64,000 nucleotides of DNA from Mobula hypostoma (lineage: Eukaryota), in NCBI RefSeq assembly GCF_963921235.1, contig NC_086097.1, positions 163,308,001 to 163,372,000 of the forward strand. The letters are read 5' to 3'. Under the pieces are notes generated by a model. The model made no database searches and had not been told where the DNA came from. It saw only the letters and a program-made list of their open reading frames with translations. Shown piece by piece: positions 15,178-28,500 of this stretch; position 1 is the stretch's first letter, and each line of letters begins with the position of its first letter. Position numbers and translations under genes: made by a program.

Positions 15178-16916
15178 TTTTTTTCTATTAAGTACAATCG
15201 TGAACAATAGCCAGATCAGAAATGCTGATCAAGTCAACTAGTTCCCAAAGAGAACTCTGATAGGCCAATCAGATGGTTCACTGCTGCTCAGTGATAGAAC
15301 ACAAAAAAATCATATGTACAATTAAAAAACATTAAAAAATAGTAGAAATACTGGAGACATGATGATCATGATGAATTCTGCTGGAGAGAGACATTTATAC
15401 ACATGCTGTCCTCCATAATTCAAAGAGAGTGAAGGATAAGGTTGCAGGTTGACAAAATGTGGCAGGAGCACTTGGAACTAAAAACTAATCCCCACCGGGA
15501 GAAAACAGCACCTGTTCTCTCTGCACTGTTCTCCAGCAGTTTAAGGACTAAGTCCAGCCAGAAAATAACTCACAAGTGCTCTTGAAAGTCAGGTATTAAC
15601 CCTACCTACCAACAACCAAGCATTGCCATCCTGGTCCCCTTCATGATAGCTTATGACAAAGCATGTGACTTCCCTCCCAGAGATGATAGGTGTTAGTGCA
15701 CTCAACTCTTGAAGGCTTGGACCCCATCGTCGCAGATGTTTCCAACCACAGCATCTGGAAGGCTGTTCCAAATTCTGATAGCACAGTGAATGAAGCTTCT
15801 ATCCAGTGTGTAGATCCTCACATCAGGCATGAGCAGGCATGGATAAACTTGATCGTATGGTGCGCCATTTCTCATAAGGTGAAGGTAGCACGGCGCGAAG
15901 GTCTGCAGGGCTGTGGCTGGTGTGCATTTTATATGCACAGTAGCTGCAGCAACCAGTCATCTGCGGTGTAAACTACTGATGGCTAGTTTCTCACGAGCTG
16001 TGGCTTCATCTACACCCATAATCCTGAGAGCCTTTCTTTGAATGGAATCAAGCTGGTTGAGGACACTCTGTGAGGCATTCATCCATGATAAGCAGGCATA
16101 CTCCATGATACTTCGTACCTGGGCTTTGTAAACCATGGCTCTGCCGTCTTTGTCTAGTTTGGATGCTGCTTTCCATAGAGCTCCAAGCCTTTGTCCAGCC
16201 TTGTTTGAAATAGTGGAAAAGTGTTTATCCCACACCAACTTGCTGTCAATATTAACACCAAGGATTACTAGCTTCCTCTTTAAATCCAGCTTGCAGTTCC
16301 CAAAATACAGTTCAGGGTTAGATGGATTCCTCTTCCTAGACATCACCATTGCCTTGCACTGAGTAGGCTCAAAGGAGACATTGCAGTCGTCTGCCCAGGC
16401 TTTCATCCTGTCAAGATCCCCATACAGGCCTGCTGCCACTGTATTACTCTCTCCTGCTCTAATTGGTGCAAACAGTGTGGAGTCGTCAGCGCACAGGTAT
16501 AGCTCGTTACTGCATGCATCAACCAAGTCATCAATAAAGATGGAAAACAGAAGTGGCCCAAGTATTGAACCCTGTGGTACAGATGCATTGATGGTTAACG
16601 AATCAGAAGCCTGACCAGAGATAACAACTTTGATGGTCTGTCGCTCTGCAGCCATCTGAGCAGCTTTCCAGATATTCCTTTGGATCTCAGCTTAACACAG
16701 AGTCCATTATGCCAGACCTTGTCAAATGCTCCTTTGGTATCCAGGGCTATGACACACACTTCTCCACCTTTGTCTAAGAAGGTGTTCCACATTTGAGGTA
16801 AGGTGGTGAGGAGATCGGCTGTACTGTGATCAGGTCTAAATCCATACTGCCTACTTGAAGTTAAGTTGTTACAGAGTAGGTAGTTCTGAACTTGGTTGTG
16901 GACTGCTGCTTCCATT
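15178..16916 (-). mobile_element. 5'-truncated CR1-Zenon/Crack-like LINE (RT C-terminal half plus 3' UTR)
   Basis: QYGFR, ALDTKGAFDKVWH, VPQGSILGPLLF, CADD, YKAQVRSIMEY and IRIWNSLP motifs in ORFs 15702-16915. Clade assignment is tentative. Confidence 0.8.
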
Positions 16917-17052
16917 ATCCTGTGGAATTTGCTGTTTTGTGGCAGCAGTACAGTGCAATACCATAAAAATCACCAGAGGTTACAATAAGAAATATAAGAA
17001 AAATAATTGAATAAATAAGTAGTGCACAAAGAGAATAAAAAGATGAGGTAGT

Positions 17053-20000
17053 CATCATCATCATCATGGCTTGGCTTTGTGAATGAAGATTCAGCAACTG
17101 TCAGCAGGCTGGATGGAGAGCGAGGTGTCTCCCAGTGGAGGTTGGTTGTAGGGGATTCATAGACCGTTCTTTAGTTAGAGCTTTCAGCATTTTGGGCATC
17201 AAGGGAGAGAGGAAGAGGAGAGCCATCCGCAGTACCACCGATGCGGCAGAGAGGGCCTCAAGATGGCTGTGGCTCAAAAGAGGGGAGCCATGGAGTCATA
17301 AGTAGCTAGCCATCTGGACACAAGCTGGGGTCTGATCAGCTCCGGCTGGGTCACCTGGAGGAGGTTGTATGATGTTGAAAGACCCGAAACACCCGATGAT
17401 TCCAGGAACATCACTGAAGATGTGTCCAGAAGCATCAATAGATGTATGTACACAGTAGGAAGGGGCTGCCCACGTCTTCTGCAGGTTCACTGGTGGCTGA
17501 CGAGGCCAATACGGGACAGGTAGGTTCATCCACGGCGGCTGCATGGGAAATTCTCTTCTGGGTTTGGTGCTTCTGTGTCACGGTTCTTCCTCCTTTTCCT
17601 TTTATCCTCAATGCCAGCCCCGCGTGCGTTCTTGAAGGAGGAGACAGACTGGTGAATGGTGTGTCTCCAGGCCTCGCGATCGGAGGCTAGATTAGACCAC
17701 TGGCAATGGTCAATGTGACAGGCACCAAGGGATTTCTTCAGAGTCCTTGTACCTCTTCTTCGGTGCCCCTCTGTCATGGAGGCCAGTGGAGAGTTCACCA
17801 TACAGCACAATCTTGGGCAGCAATGAGCCTCCATCCTGGAGACGTGCCCTGCCCAGCGCAGCTGCATCTTCAACAGCATGGCCTTGATGCTGGTGACCTC
17901 TGCCTGTTCGAGAACTTCGATGTTGGTGACGAAGTCACTCCAGTGGATGTTGAGGATGGTGCGGAGGCAGCGCTGGTGGAAACGCTTAAGGAGTCGTAGG
18001 TGGTGACGGTAGGTGACCCACGACTCGGAGCCGTACAGGAGGGTAGTCAGTACAATGGCTCTGTGCATGTTGATCTTTGTGCCTTTTTTCAAATGCTTGA
18101 TGTTCCAGACTCTTTTGTACAGCCTGCCGAATGCACTGTTTGCCTTTGCCAGTCTGTTGTCAATCTCTTTGTCAATCTTGGCATCTGACGAAATGGTGCA
18201 CCCCAGGTAGCTGAACTGGTGGACTGCCTTCAGCTCTACCTCACCGATGGTGATGCAGGGAGGGTGGTAATCTTCCTGAGGTGCGGGCTGATGGAGAACT
18301 TCTGTCTTCTTCAAGCTGACTTCCAGTCCAAAGAGCTTGGCAGCCTCTGCGAAGCAGGATGTTATACACTGCAGGGCTGTCTGTGTGTGGACAACAAGGG
18401 CAGCATCATCGGCGAAGAGTATGCTCCAATGTCTTGGTATGGGACTGTAGTCGCCTCAGGCTGAACAGGCTGCCTTCAGTGCGGTATCGGATGTAAACAC
18501 CGTCCTCGTCATCAAGGTCTTCTGTGGCCCTTTCGAGCATCATGCTGAAGAAGATGGTGAAGAGAGTTGGTGCGAGGACGCAGCCTTGCTTTACTCCGTT
18601 GCCTATTGGGAAGGGTTCTGAGAGGTCATTGTTGTGTCTGACTTGGCCACTCTGATTTTCCTGTAGCTGGAAGACCATGTTGAGGAATTCTGGGGGGCAT
18701 CCCAGTCGTTCCATGATTTGCCACAGACCTTCCCTGCTCATGGTGTTGAACGCTTTGGTAAGGTCGACAAATGTTATGTACACTCTCTTGTCCTGTTCCC
18801 TACATTTCTCTTGGAGCTGCCTGAGAACAAATGCCATGTCGGTGGTGCTCCTGTTGGCTCTGAAGCCACACTGGCTCTCTGGGAGGAGTTCTTCTGCAAT
18901 GAAGGGCACCAATCTGTTCAGGAGTACTCTTACAAGGATTTTTCCTGCGATAGAGAGAAGAGTTATCTTCCAGTTGTTGGAGCAGTCGGACTTTTCCCGC
19001 TTGTTCTTATACCGGGCAATGATGACTGTGTCACGGAGGTCCTGTGGTAGTTTAGCTTGTTCCCAGCAGCAGACAAAGAACTCCTGGAATTTGTGTAACG
19101 CTGAGCCCTCATGCTTCCAAATCTCAGGTGGGATTCCATCAACTCCTGCTGCCTTGCCACTTTTCAGCTGCTCTATGGCCTTGACTGTCTCTTCTTGGGT
19201 TGGAATCTTGTCCAGTTCTGTTTTCTCTGACTGTTGGGGGAGGCAATGAATTGCTGAGTCTTGGACCATGTGGTTGGCGCTGAAGAGGGTCTGGAAATGT
19301 TCCGACCACCGGTTCAGGATGGATGCCTTGTGTGTGAAGCATGCCTGACCGTCTGCACTGTGCAAGGGACTCTGGACCTGGTGCAAAGGGCCGTACACCG
19401 CTCTCAGGGCTTCATAAAACCCTCTATAGTTACTGGTGTCTGCGCAAAGCTGAGTTCTCTTTGCGAAGTTGGTCCACCACACATTCTGAATCTCTCGAAA
19501 CTTGCACTGGAGGTTGCTGCATACAAGGCGAAAGGCTGCTTTCTTATCAGGACAAGACGGCCGAGCAAGGTGCGCTTGGAGGGCGGATCTCTTTTTCGCC
19601 AGCAATTCTTGGATCTTCTGGTTGTTTTCATCGAACCAGTCCTTGTTCTTCTTTGTGGAAAACCCTAGGACTTCTTCAGAGGTTTGCAGGATGGTGGTTT
19701 TTTGGTGTTCCCAAAACACTTCTAGAGAGGAGTCTGTAAGGAAACTGGGATCCTGAAGCCTCGACTAAAGATTCATCTGAAAGTCAGCTTTCACTTCAGC
19801 TGACTGGAGGTTGCCAACCTGAAACTTCTTCCTTGGAGCGCCACCTCTCTTTGGCTTGGGTTTGAAATGGAGACTGTTTGCAGTGGACAAGATGATGGTC
19901 AGTAAGACGTCTCGAAGGTCTCTCTGGCACACCAAGCTGTAGTCTATGAGGTGCCAATGCTTGGACCAAGAATGCATCCAGGTTGTCTTCAGACTGTCTT

Positions 20001-21018
20001 TCTGCTGGAAAATGGTGTTAGTGATGGTGAGTTGCTGCTCCGTGCAAAACTCTTAACAGAGGGCACCTGTTGTCGTTGCAGTTTCCAACACCATGTTTGC
20101 CAAGTACTCCTTTCCAGGCTTCTGAGCCTTGGCCTACTCTGGCATTGAAGTCGCCAAGAATGAAGACCTTGTTGTCCGCAGGGGCATTCCGTACGAGGTT
20201 GTGTAAAACTTGTCCTTTTCTGCAGGATCCGCCTGAAGAATGGGGGTGTACATGCTGAAGAGTGTGGCATGCTGCTTGGTTTGAAGTGGGAGGAGCATGG
20301 AGATGATGTGGTCAGAGTGATCCATTGGCAATTTTTCAAGTTTGGAGACAATGGAGTTCCTGACCATAAAGCTAACGCCAGAAAGACGTCTGTCAGTCTC
20401 TGGCTTTCCTGACCAGTAGAGGGTGTAGCCGGCGCCATGTTCTTGAAGGTTGCCTTCCTCTGGGAAGCGGACTTCAGTGAGAGCAGTGATGTCGACATTC
20501 AGTCTTGAAAGTTGATACGCAACTAGAGTGCACCGAGTTCCGGGCGACCACTCTCTGCTGTATCGAGCATGGTTCTGATGTTCCAGTATGCGAGCTTTAT
20601 TCATTGCACTCCTTGTGAGGCAGGTGTACTCCTTTTCATTTTTGTTGTTGTTTGACGCATTTGAGGATGCCCATTGACCGCGGCTACCCAACTGCGGGAA
20701 ATGGAAACGGGCTTTGGTTAGGCCACCTTTTCTAGGCCCCTCTCCGTGTGGAGCAAGCGGTGTTGTCCCTAGAGAAGGCTGCTTGGTCGTTCAGGGTGCT
20801 GCCGAATGGTATCGCCGTCTCCAGGGTCAACATCAGACAACCCATACACCTGAACCGCCTGCATGCAGGATCGGTACTGCGGCTTCCAGTGTCATCTTCC
20901 ACCTGCTGTTTTTGCCCCTTTCCCATTGCTGCAGGGCTGGAGGAATGGTCGGGGAGGATGGTCGTAGATGTGGGTGCCCGTTGTCGTTGCAGGTTTGTGA
21001 GTAAGTTTTGTAAGTAAG
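17053..21018 (-). mobile_element. Near full-length RTE-clade LINE (degenerate single ORF, APE + RT)
   Basis: APE (DITALTEVRF, GAGYTLYWSG) at 20134-20691. RT (ESQCGFR, FVDLTKAF, GVKQGCVLAPTLF) at 18406-19719. C-terminus (FSYLG, LLYGSESW, LRWAGHV) at 17526-18314. (ATG)n tail at 17053-17068. ~37-bp flanking direct repeat. Confidence 0.93.
17092..17455 (+). mobile_element. 3' fragment of a HERO (R2-superfamily, restriction-like endonuclease) LINE inserted into the RTE 3' end
   Basis: Translation from 17093: CQQAGWRARCLPVEVGCRGFIDRSLVRAFSILGIKGERKRRAIRSTTDAAERASRWLWLKRGEPWSHK*. RTE sequence resumes at 17456. Confidence 0.82.
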
Positions 21019-23623
21019 TAAGTATTGCACAAGGAGAATAAAAAGGTGAGGTAATATTCATGGGTTTATGGTCTGTTCAGGAATCTGATGGCAGAGGGGA
21101 AGAAGCTGTGCTAAGTCATTGAGTGTGTGCCTTCAGGCTGCTCGGAGGTCCTACGTGATGAATTCCACCTTCTTGTGGCACTGCCTTTTCGATGGTTGGG
21201 AGGCCAGTGTTCATGATAGAGCTGAGTTTTGTTGTGGGAAGTAAACAACCTGTATTACTAGTTGCCTAATGCTATGTGTGTTAAACAGGAGGCAAATTAA
21301 ATAACCAGACATACCCAATACACAGAGGATCTATAAAAAGCTGGAAAAATGTGGAAGCACAGTAACACGTTGAGGCTATATATCAATACTGCACTGTGCA
21401 AACTCTGGCCTAAAGTTAGTTTAGTAATGCAGTATACATTTTTGAGAAGGAGTTTGCAGCTGAGCTCACCAAGTCTTGCTGATAAAGCCACGTGTGCTCA
21501 AAAGTATGAGAAGCTATGTTAAACATTTTGGGCTTTTACCAATTTGTACTTTAAAAAGGAAAGTATTCTGAACTGACATAAGCCTTGTATTCTGGGAACA
21601 ACATATCAAAAGTTTCTTTTTATATTTCTCTGTGGTCATACACTTGGAATGGATATACTTCCAAGGCCACAGGGGAAGAGTGGGGAGAGGGTCTGGAATA
21701 GTACTTCTTAAAGAGCTGACATAGCCTCTGTCTGTGGTATAGGATTGCCTAATTCCTTAACATGGCTTTGACTGTGGAAGACATCACAGTTGTTGATTTT
21801 GTCTGTTTTATCAGCAGGGGCTCGGTGGATAGTGATCAAGAATGTACATCTCTTTGCTTTACCAATGATAGTACGATCACTTCAGCGTGTATTTGGCGAT
21901 TTGCAACCCTTGCATTGATGAGCATCTAGAGACATGCACTTCCTGATTACTAGTATAATAGAGGTGTCTTAATTCATTAATTACAATGCTTATATTTTAG
22001 AGAAATAATTTTTGTGGCTTAAAATGTAACATTATTATTTTGTGAAATCATTTGGAAATTTGTGAAGATTGTCTGTTGGTAATTTAAATGCATAATATAA
22101 TTGCATAATTACTAACAATCATAGTGTAATATTCTTGCACACCTGACTTTGGATTTGACTCACCAATGTATTCCTAACACATAGAATAGTATGCATACCA
22201 TGCTTTTAAGTTGCATGATAAGAAAGCTTCTCGCTCTGGTGAAGATTCCTTCTATAAGTATAAGTGGCTTTACAATTTCTTCCTGATGTTCAGAGTTGAG
22301 GAGTCTGTATTTAGATAAAGAGGCTAGAATGGCTAATGAAATATACCACAAGCCCCTGATTTATACTTAATAGGGGAAAGGAAATAAGATATATTCAGCT
22401 AGCAAGCAGGAACTTGATGAAGAGATTCCTGCTGTGCTACATCCAGCCAGCAGAGATTCTGTTGACATGTACATCAATTCAAATGTATAAAGATTTTTTA
22501 TATGCATTTTTCTCTGTGTGAACTTTGTACTCAGAATCTTAACAGAACATGCCATGCATTGCCACATTAAGAAGTTCTAAGTCAAGGTAAATGCAAAGTA
22601 AAGTTCCTATTGTTGGCAAAACAAAATAAATCTTGGTCTATTCTTGCTTGAGGCACAGTACGCTGTACCAGCCTAATATTATTTCGTTTCCTACACAAGC
22701 ATCAGTAGCCTTCCTGAGCAAATCAGTGTAAATTAGTGCTTTATTGGTGGAAGAATTTGTGCTGTAAAGCTGTCTAGTAGTCGCTGGATTAAGAATGACA
22801 AGACTAATTTTAGTGGGATTCTTACCGTAGCAGATGCAAGAATCAGACATCTCAGCAGCTGGGCTGAATGCATTCCGGAGTTCCCGAGATGAAAGGCTAT
22901 TGTCTCCTTCACCAGCATGATTCTTAAACCTTTACAGATGGAGTGAACGGTTTATAAATGAAACATCTGGCAGGGACAGAGCCATAACATAATCAAGGAG
23001 TGACCTAATGACACTGTTAATTGCTTGAACATTGCTTTAGCAGTTTATGTCTTCATGAGATAGTGTTACAGTCAAGTAACTGCCCTCTCCTCACCAGCTG
23101 TATATTATTCTATATTTATCTTCTTTATAAATAAGTTATTGCATGCAACCCAGTGATTGGGATTGAGTGTCCATTTCATGGAAAATCATTATCAGCGTCT
23201 TAGTGACCTCTGTCGAAAAAAATAGCCTTCTTGGTCACTATTAACAATTTATTAGAAGAGGCAACCATAAAAAGCCATGTCTCCACATCACAATTGGTTC
23301 AGAATGATTGTAGTTCATCCAATTCTCTGCCTGCCTCTGACTGTTACCTATTCTGCTCGGGCACAGTTTTATGACCTCCACTGCCAACGGCCATCTTGTA
23401 CTTGTGAATCAAGACATGGAGTAGTGCCTAGGCTTCAACAACAAATGCTATCACATTCCAACCTAATTCAATACTTCTTCCTAATGTGGAAACTAGAAAG
23501 CATAAATGTTAGAAACTATGCAATGACTATGTAACTACACTACTGTTTCATTGTACTTCTCAGTCCCTATAGTTGAATAGCAATATTTAAAACCACTGCC
23601 CCTGTAACCAAATTGTTATAGAG

Positions 23624-23709
23624 CAGGTGTTCCTAACCTTTTTTATTTCATGGACCCCTACCATTAAATGACCTCTTCCATATGTGGGCCCCAGGTTCAG
23701 AGCTCCTAT
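23624..23709. mobile_element. ~86-bp hAT-Charlie-type MITE (same family as 54606-54692)
   Basis: TSD TTATAGAG on both sides, shared CATGGACCCCT core. Confidence 0.7.
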
Positions 23710-23785
23710 TTATAGAGTGATAAAGTTACATAACGCACCCTTTGGCATAACATGACTTTGTTGATCAGGTTGACTGCTTATCACC

Positions 23786-25500
23786 ATATCATATCATATC
23801 ACAATTACAGCACGGGAACAGGCCATCTTGGCCCTTCTAGTCCATGCTGAACTCTTATCTCACCTTGTTCCACTGACCTGCACTTAGCCCATAACCCTCC
23901 ATTCCTTTCCTGTCCATATAGCTGTCCAATTTAACTTTAAATGACAACATCAAACCTGCCTCAACCACTTCTGCTGGAAGCTCGTTCCACACAGCTACCA
24001 CTCTCTGAGTAAAGAAGTTCCCCCTCATGTTACCCCTAAACTTTTGTCCTTTAACTCTCAACTCATGTCCTTTTTTTTGAATCTCCCCCACTCTCAACGG
24101 AAAAAGCCTATCCACGTCAACTCTATCTATACCCCTCATAATTTTAAATACCTCTATCAAACCATGGCTCTCTCAAACTTTTAACCTTTCCTTTCAACCT
24201 AACAGGTACATAAAGACTCTGTACTCTCAAAATTTCACCTTTAAATGACCTCCATTTCTCTGTTACATTCTTCCCATGAAACAAATTGTCCCAATCCACT
24301 CCTTCTAAATCCTTTCGCATCTCCTCAACGTTAGCCTTTCTCCAATCAAAAATCTCCACCCTGGGTCCGGACCTATCATTCTCCATAATTATATTGATAC
24401 TAATAGCATTGTGATCACTGGACCCGAAGTGCTCCCCAACACAAACCTCCGTCACCTGACCTGTTTCATTCCCTAACAGGAGATCCAACACTGCCCCTTC
24501 TCTCGTTGGTACCTCCATGTATTGCTGCAAAAAACTATCCTGCACACATTTTACAAACTCCAAACCATCCAGCCCTTTTATAGTATGGGCTTCCTAGTCT
24601 ATGTGTGGAAAATTAAAATCTCCCACAATCAAAACCTTGTGCTTACTACAAATATCTGTTATCTCCTTACAAATTTGCTCCTCCAATTCTCGCTCCCCAT
24701 TTGGTGGTCTATAATACACCCCCATAAGAGTTACTACACCTTTCCCATTCCTCAATTCCACCCAAATAGCCTCCCTAGGTGAGCCCTCTAATCTATCCTG
24801 TCAGAGAACCGCTGTAATATTTTCTCTGACAAGCAATGCAACACCTCCCCCTCTTGTCCCTCCGATTCTATCACACCTGAAACAATTAAATCCAGGAATA
24901 TTTAGATCCAATCACACCCTCCTGTAACCATGTTTCACTAATAGCTACCACATCATACTTCCAGGTATCAATCCATGCTTTAAGCTCATCTACCTTTCTT
25001 ATAATGCTCCTAGCATTAAAATAAATGCATTTAAGAAATTTTCCACCTCTTACTCTCTGCTTATCACTAACGGTGCAAACAATTTTACTGTTTTCTTTTT
25101 CTTCCTTCTTCCCTACATCTGTTCCTACACTCTGGTTCCCCTCCCCCCTCGTATCTAGTTTAAATCCACTGGAGCCTCTCTAGCAAACCTACCTGCAAGA
25201 ATATTTGTCCCCCTCCAGTTCAGATGTAGACCGTCTGGCCAGAACAGGTCCCACCTTCCCTGGAAAACTGCCCAATTATCTATAAATCTGAAACCCTCCC
25301 TCCTGCACCATGTCTTCAGCCACATGTTGATCTGCGCTATCTTACTATTTCTAAACCTGCCTGCACGTGGCACTGGTACAATCCTGAGATTGCTATCCTG
25401 GAGGTCCTGTTGTTTAACTTGGCGCCTAACTCCCTAAACTCACCTTTCAGGACCTCCTCACTCTTCCTACCCACATCATTGGTCCCTTCCTGGACAACGA
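23786..25500 (-). mobile_element. CR1-clade LINE with the RT domain deleted (ORF1 end + endonuclease + 3' end)
   Basis: Esterase DGLHL ORF at 25155-25373. APE C-terminal GSSDH at 24144-24563 joined directly to the ORF2 C-terminus (GNFFTQRVVAVWNELP) at ~24160. (ATATC)n tail at ~23786-23800. Confidence 0.9.
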
Positions 25501-28500
25501 CGTGAGTAGTCTCATGAGACTGCTTGAGCTCTTCTCATTTCCCTGCATTTGTCCCATATTCCTCTGAACCTTTCCTATCCATATACCTCTATAGACATCT
25601 TTAAACCTTATAATTGTACCCACTTGAACAACTTCCTCTGGTAGTTCATGCCATAAATCCATCATCCTCTGTGTGAAAAAATTTCCCTTATGATCCCTTT
25701 TAAATCTTACCCCTCTCACCTTAAACCTGTACACTCTATTTTGAGAATCCTCAACCATTGACTTTTTAAAGGTAGCACAGTAAATAATGCTGCTGCCACA
25801 CAACTTCAGTGACTCTATTCCAAGCTTGATCTCACGTTGTTTGTGTGGAATTTGAATGTGCTTCCTGTTATTGTCCCTTTGGGTGCTTTGATTTCTTCCC
25901 ATGTCCCAAAGAGTTGCTGGTAGTTTAATTGGCTCCTGTAGATTATTGCTTTTGAAGGTAGGTGTAGGAGGGGAGCTGATGAGTATCTGAGAGAGAACAG
26001 GCTGCAAGGTGTAAGGGAATGGGACATGGGAAAGCTAGCATTTACTTGATAGGCTGAATGGCATTCTTCTTTGAAATAACGAAACATGAGAAATGCCAAT
26101 CAGTTCAAACTTAGGAACGTGCATCTTGCCTGTTCTCTGCTCATTGTTTTCATCCTGAATATTGCCATGCCAAGAATTTCCATTATTTTCCAGTATTTGT
26201 AGATAAAATGTTAGACTAATGTGATGAAAAGTTTAAACTTGAAGGTTTTGGGCGACAGTTTATATGTAGGAGAAGCAACGCAGAATGTTGTGTGATAGAA
26301 GGAATGACCATGGAGTCACAGAGCCACGCAGAAACCTAACAGGCCCATTAGCCCCCATGTCCAGACTGACCCCCAATCCTTCTGATCCCATGTACCAGCA
26401 CTTGGTCCAAAGATCAAGATCACATTTGAAAAGAGAACCTGACCTGAATGGAATTGGAAGTACAATGTATGTTTTATTTTTCTGGGTATATTCCTTTATA
26501 AAACTAAGAAACATTTGTTTTCTATAACCTTCCAGAACCTTTATGCAATCTTTCTTTACCACTACTATTAAATTCTTGCTTGTAGTTGATCATTCCAGAG
26601 CAAAGGAGCACTCAAGAATGGAGAATTCTGATCTCCAGAAACTGCTGGAGAACTAATGGTGAAGCGTCTGTGCTTTTTATTATGACACTGCTTCCCCCAA
26701 CCTCCAACAGCAGTGTGTGGTGAGGAAGAGATCTGTTGGGTTATTGCTATGTTTGCTTTCACCAAATTAATAGAAGGACTTTATTTTGAACTTCCTCATG
26801 TCTTTTGAAATTGCCAGATTTATACAGTACAATTGATCCCACCACAGCCATTTAGTGCTGGTAAGTCACACCATCAGGATGTTGTTAATACGATGATTTA
26901 TGGTCTCAATATGCCACTCAGCTATGGAAACTGAAGAGAACAATGAAACAGAGTGTAATGGTGAGGAGTAATTATTCCCTCAAGGTTTCTAAATTTATAT
27001 TTTGTTCGCACTTTCCCAATCTGTAGCTCTTATCCTCTTCTTTTCTAAATATACTGTTCCTCTCCCTCTCTGTCCTTCACGTTCTGATTTCATTTGATGA
27101 TGATACACCCTATTTCCTTCTTCAGCATTCGCTCTTTTCATTTTGCATTTTCAGATTCCCTCAGCTAAGAAAATGAACTAGTGGACAATGCTTTTGTGAA
27201 ATCCTAGATATCCCCTGTCATTCTGTGTCTGTTTTGCACTTACAGCAATTTGCAATATGAGAATAAAATGATCAGATAAGTAAGGTCATAAATGTAATTT
27301 GTGGTGTGCTTTGGAAGATATCTTGTTCCAGGAGAAACATGTCCACTGTAACCCCCAGGCTGTGACTCAGGAGAATAACACTAAAGTGATCCTGGGTGAA
27401 TGAGGGTTAATCCTCAGACAGGAATAGTGTGCATTTGTTGATCAGGCCATCAGCAGCCTGGAGGGATACTCTGAAAATCCTAGTGTGTTTCGTCCTGTTA
27501 TGAGATAAAGCCAAAGGTTAGCACAATGACCAATTAAGTGATTTCAGTTGTTCCCTTTCAGAGTATTCAAAATGTAAAGCATCTGAGTTGAAATAAATTG
27601 CACAGGCAGGCAGAGCCCAGCTAGCACCAGCAATATAAAAATGCGTCTCTCAATGTCGATCTGATTTGCAAACAGCATTAATGTTTCCTTGCATTATGGA
27701 GATGCATCTTACCTATCAATGGAAAACAGAAAAACTGCCGGCTGCTAATTAATCTTGTCTGACATCTGAGTACTGAGTTGAAGGCAAGAGGCAGGTGGCT
27801 CTAATTTTTTTCTTTGGTGCATGACCACAGGCAAATCTCTCCATTAATGTCAAACTGCATCTGCCTGCCTTGGTGTCACAGCCAGTTGCCAGTCATTAAT
27901 GCATTAGTATTTGGTCCATTCAATGCCTTTGCATTGATTTTTTTTTGGCTATTAGCTACACTTTAGTATTGGAAACCCTTCAAGTTGACTCCTCCATGTT
28001 GATGGATACTGGATACAAATAATTCCTACTTGTTTATTCTTAGGACATTCTGGTGTTCCTATTTTGTTTTCTATTATGATCTAAATTTTCTATAAGCTAT
28101 TCCCTCCATCTTCGCCATCAACACCTTGGGATCATTGAACTACATGGACAGAACTAAAACTCTTTCATCCATCAGACTGAAACTGAATTGAAATTTTCAG
28201 AGAAATCAAGATCTTAAGAACTGAGCTAGAAAGTGGACCTGAGGGCACAATCAGATCAGCCATGATTTCATTGAGCAGCAGCACATATTTGAGCTGTTTT
28301 GGACTATTTCTTCTCCTATGTCTTATGGAAGTGGAAATAGCTGGAAATTCACAGCAAGCCAGCCAGCATCCATAGAAAGGGAAACAGTGTTAATCTAGTC
28401 AATGACCCTTCACCAGTTCTGATGCTGTGCCATTGACCTAAAACATCGCCTTTTCTCTTTCTATAGATGCTGCCTGGCCTGTCGAGTGTGTCCATCAAAG

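Larger units (their letters stand above)
15140..21230 (-). mobile_element. Rex1/Babar-type LINE 3' end serving as host, split into 15140-15177, 16917-17052 and 21019-21230
   Basis: The pieces join into the reverse complement of the Rex-type 3' end seen at 6725-7047 (tail AATCAGAATCA...TTTATTATCAC; GAATCTGATGGCAGAGGGGAAGAAGCTG). Confidence 0.75.

Noticed and set aside
20700-21018. HDV-like ribozyme in the RTE 5' UTR
   Set aside because: Several stems are visible (e.g. CCTTCTCTAGG/CCTAGAAAAGG), but I could not fit the nested double pseudoknot by eye. It needs a covariance-model search.
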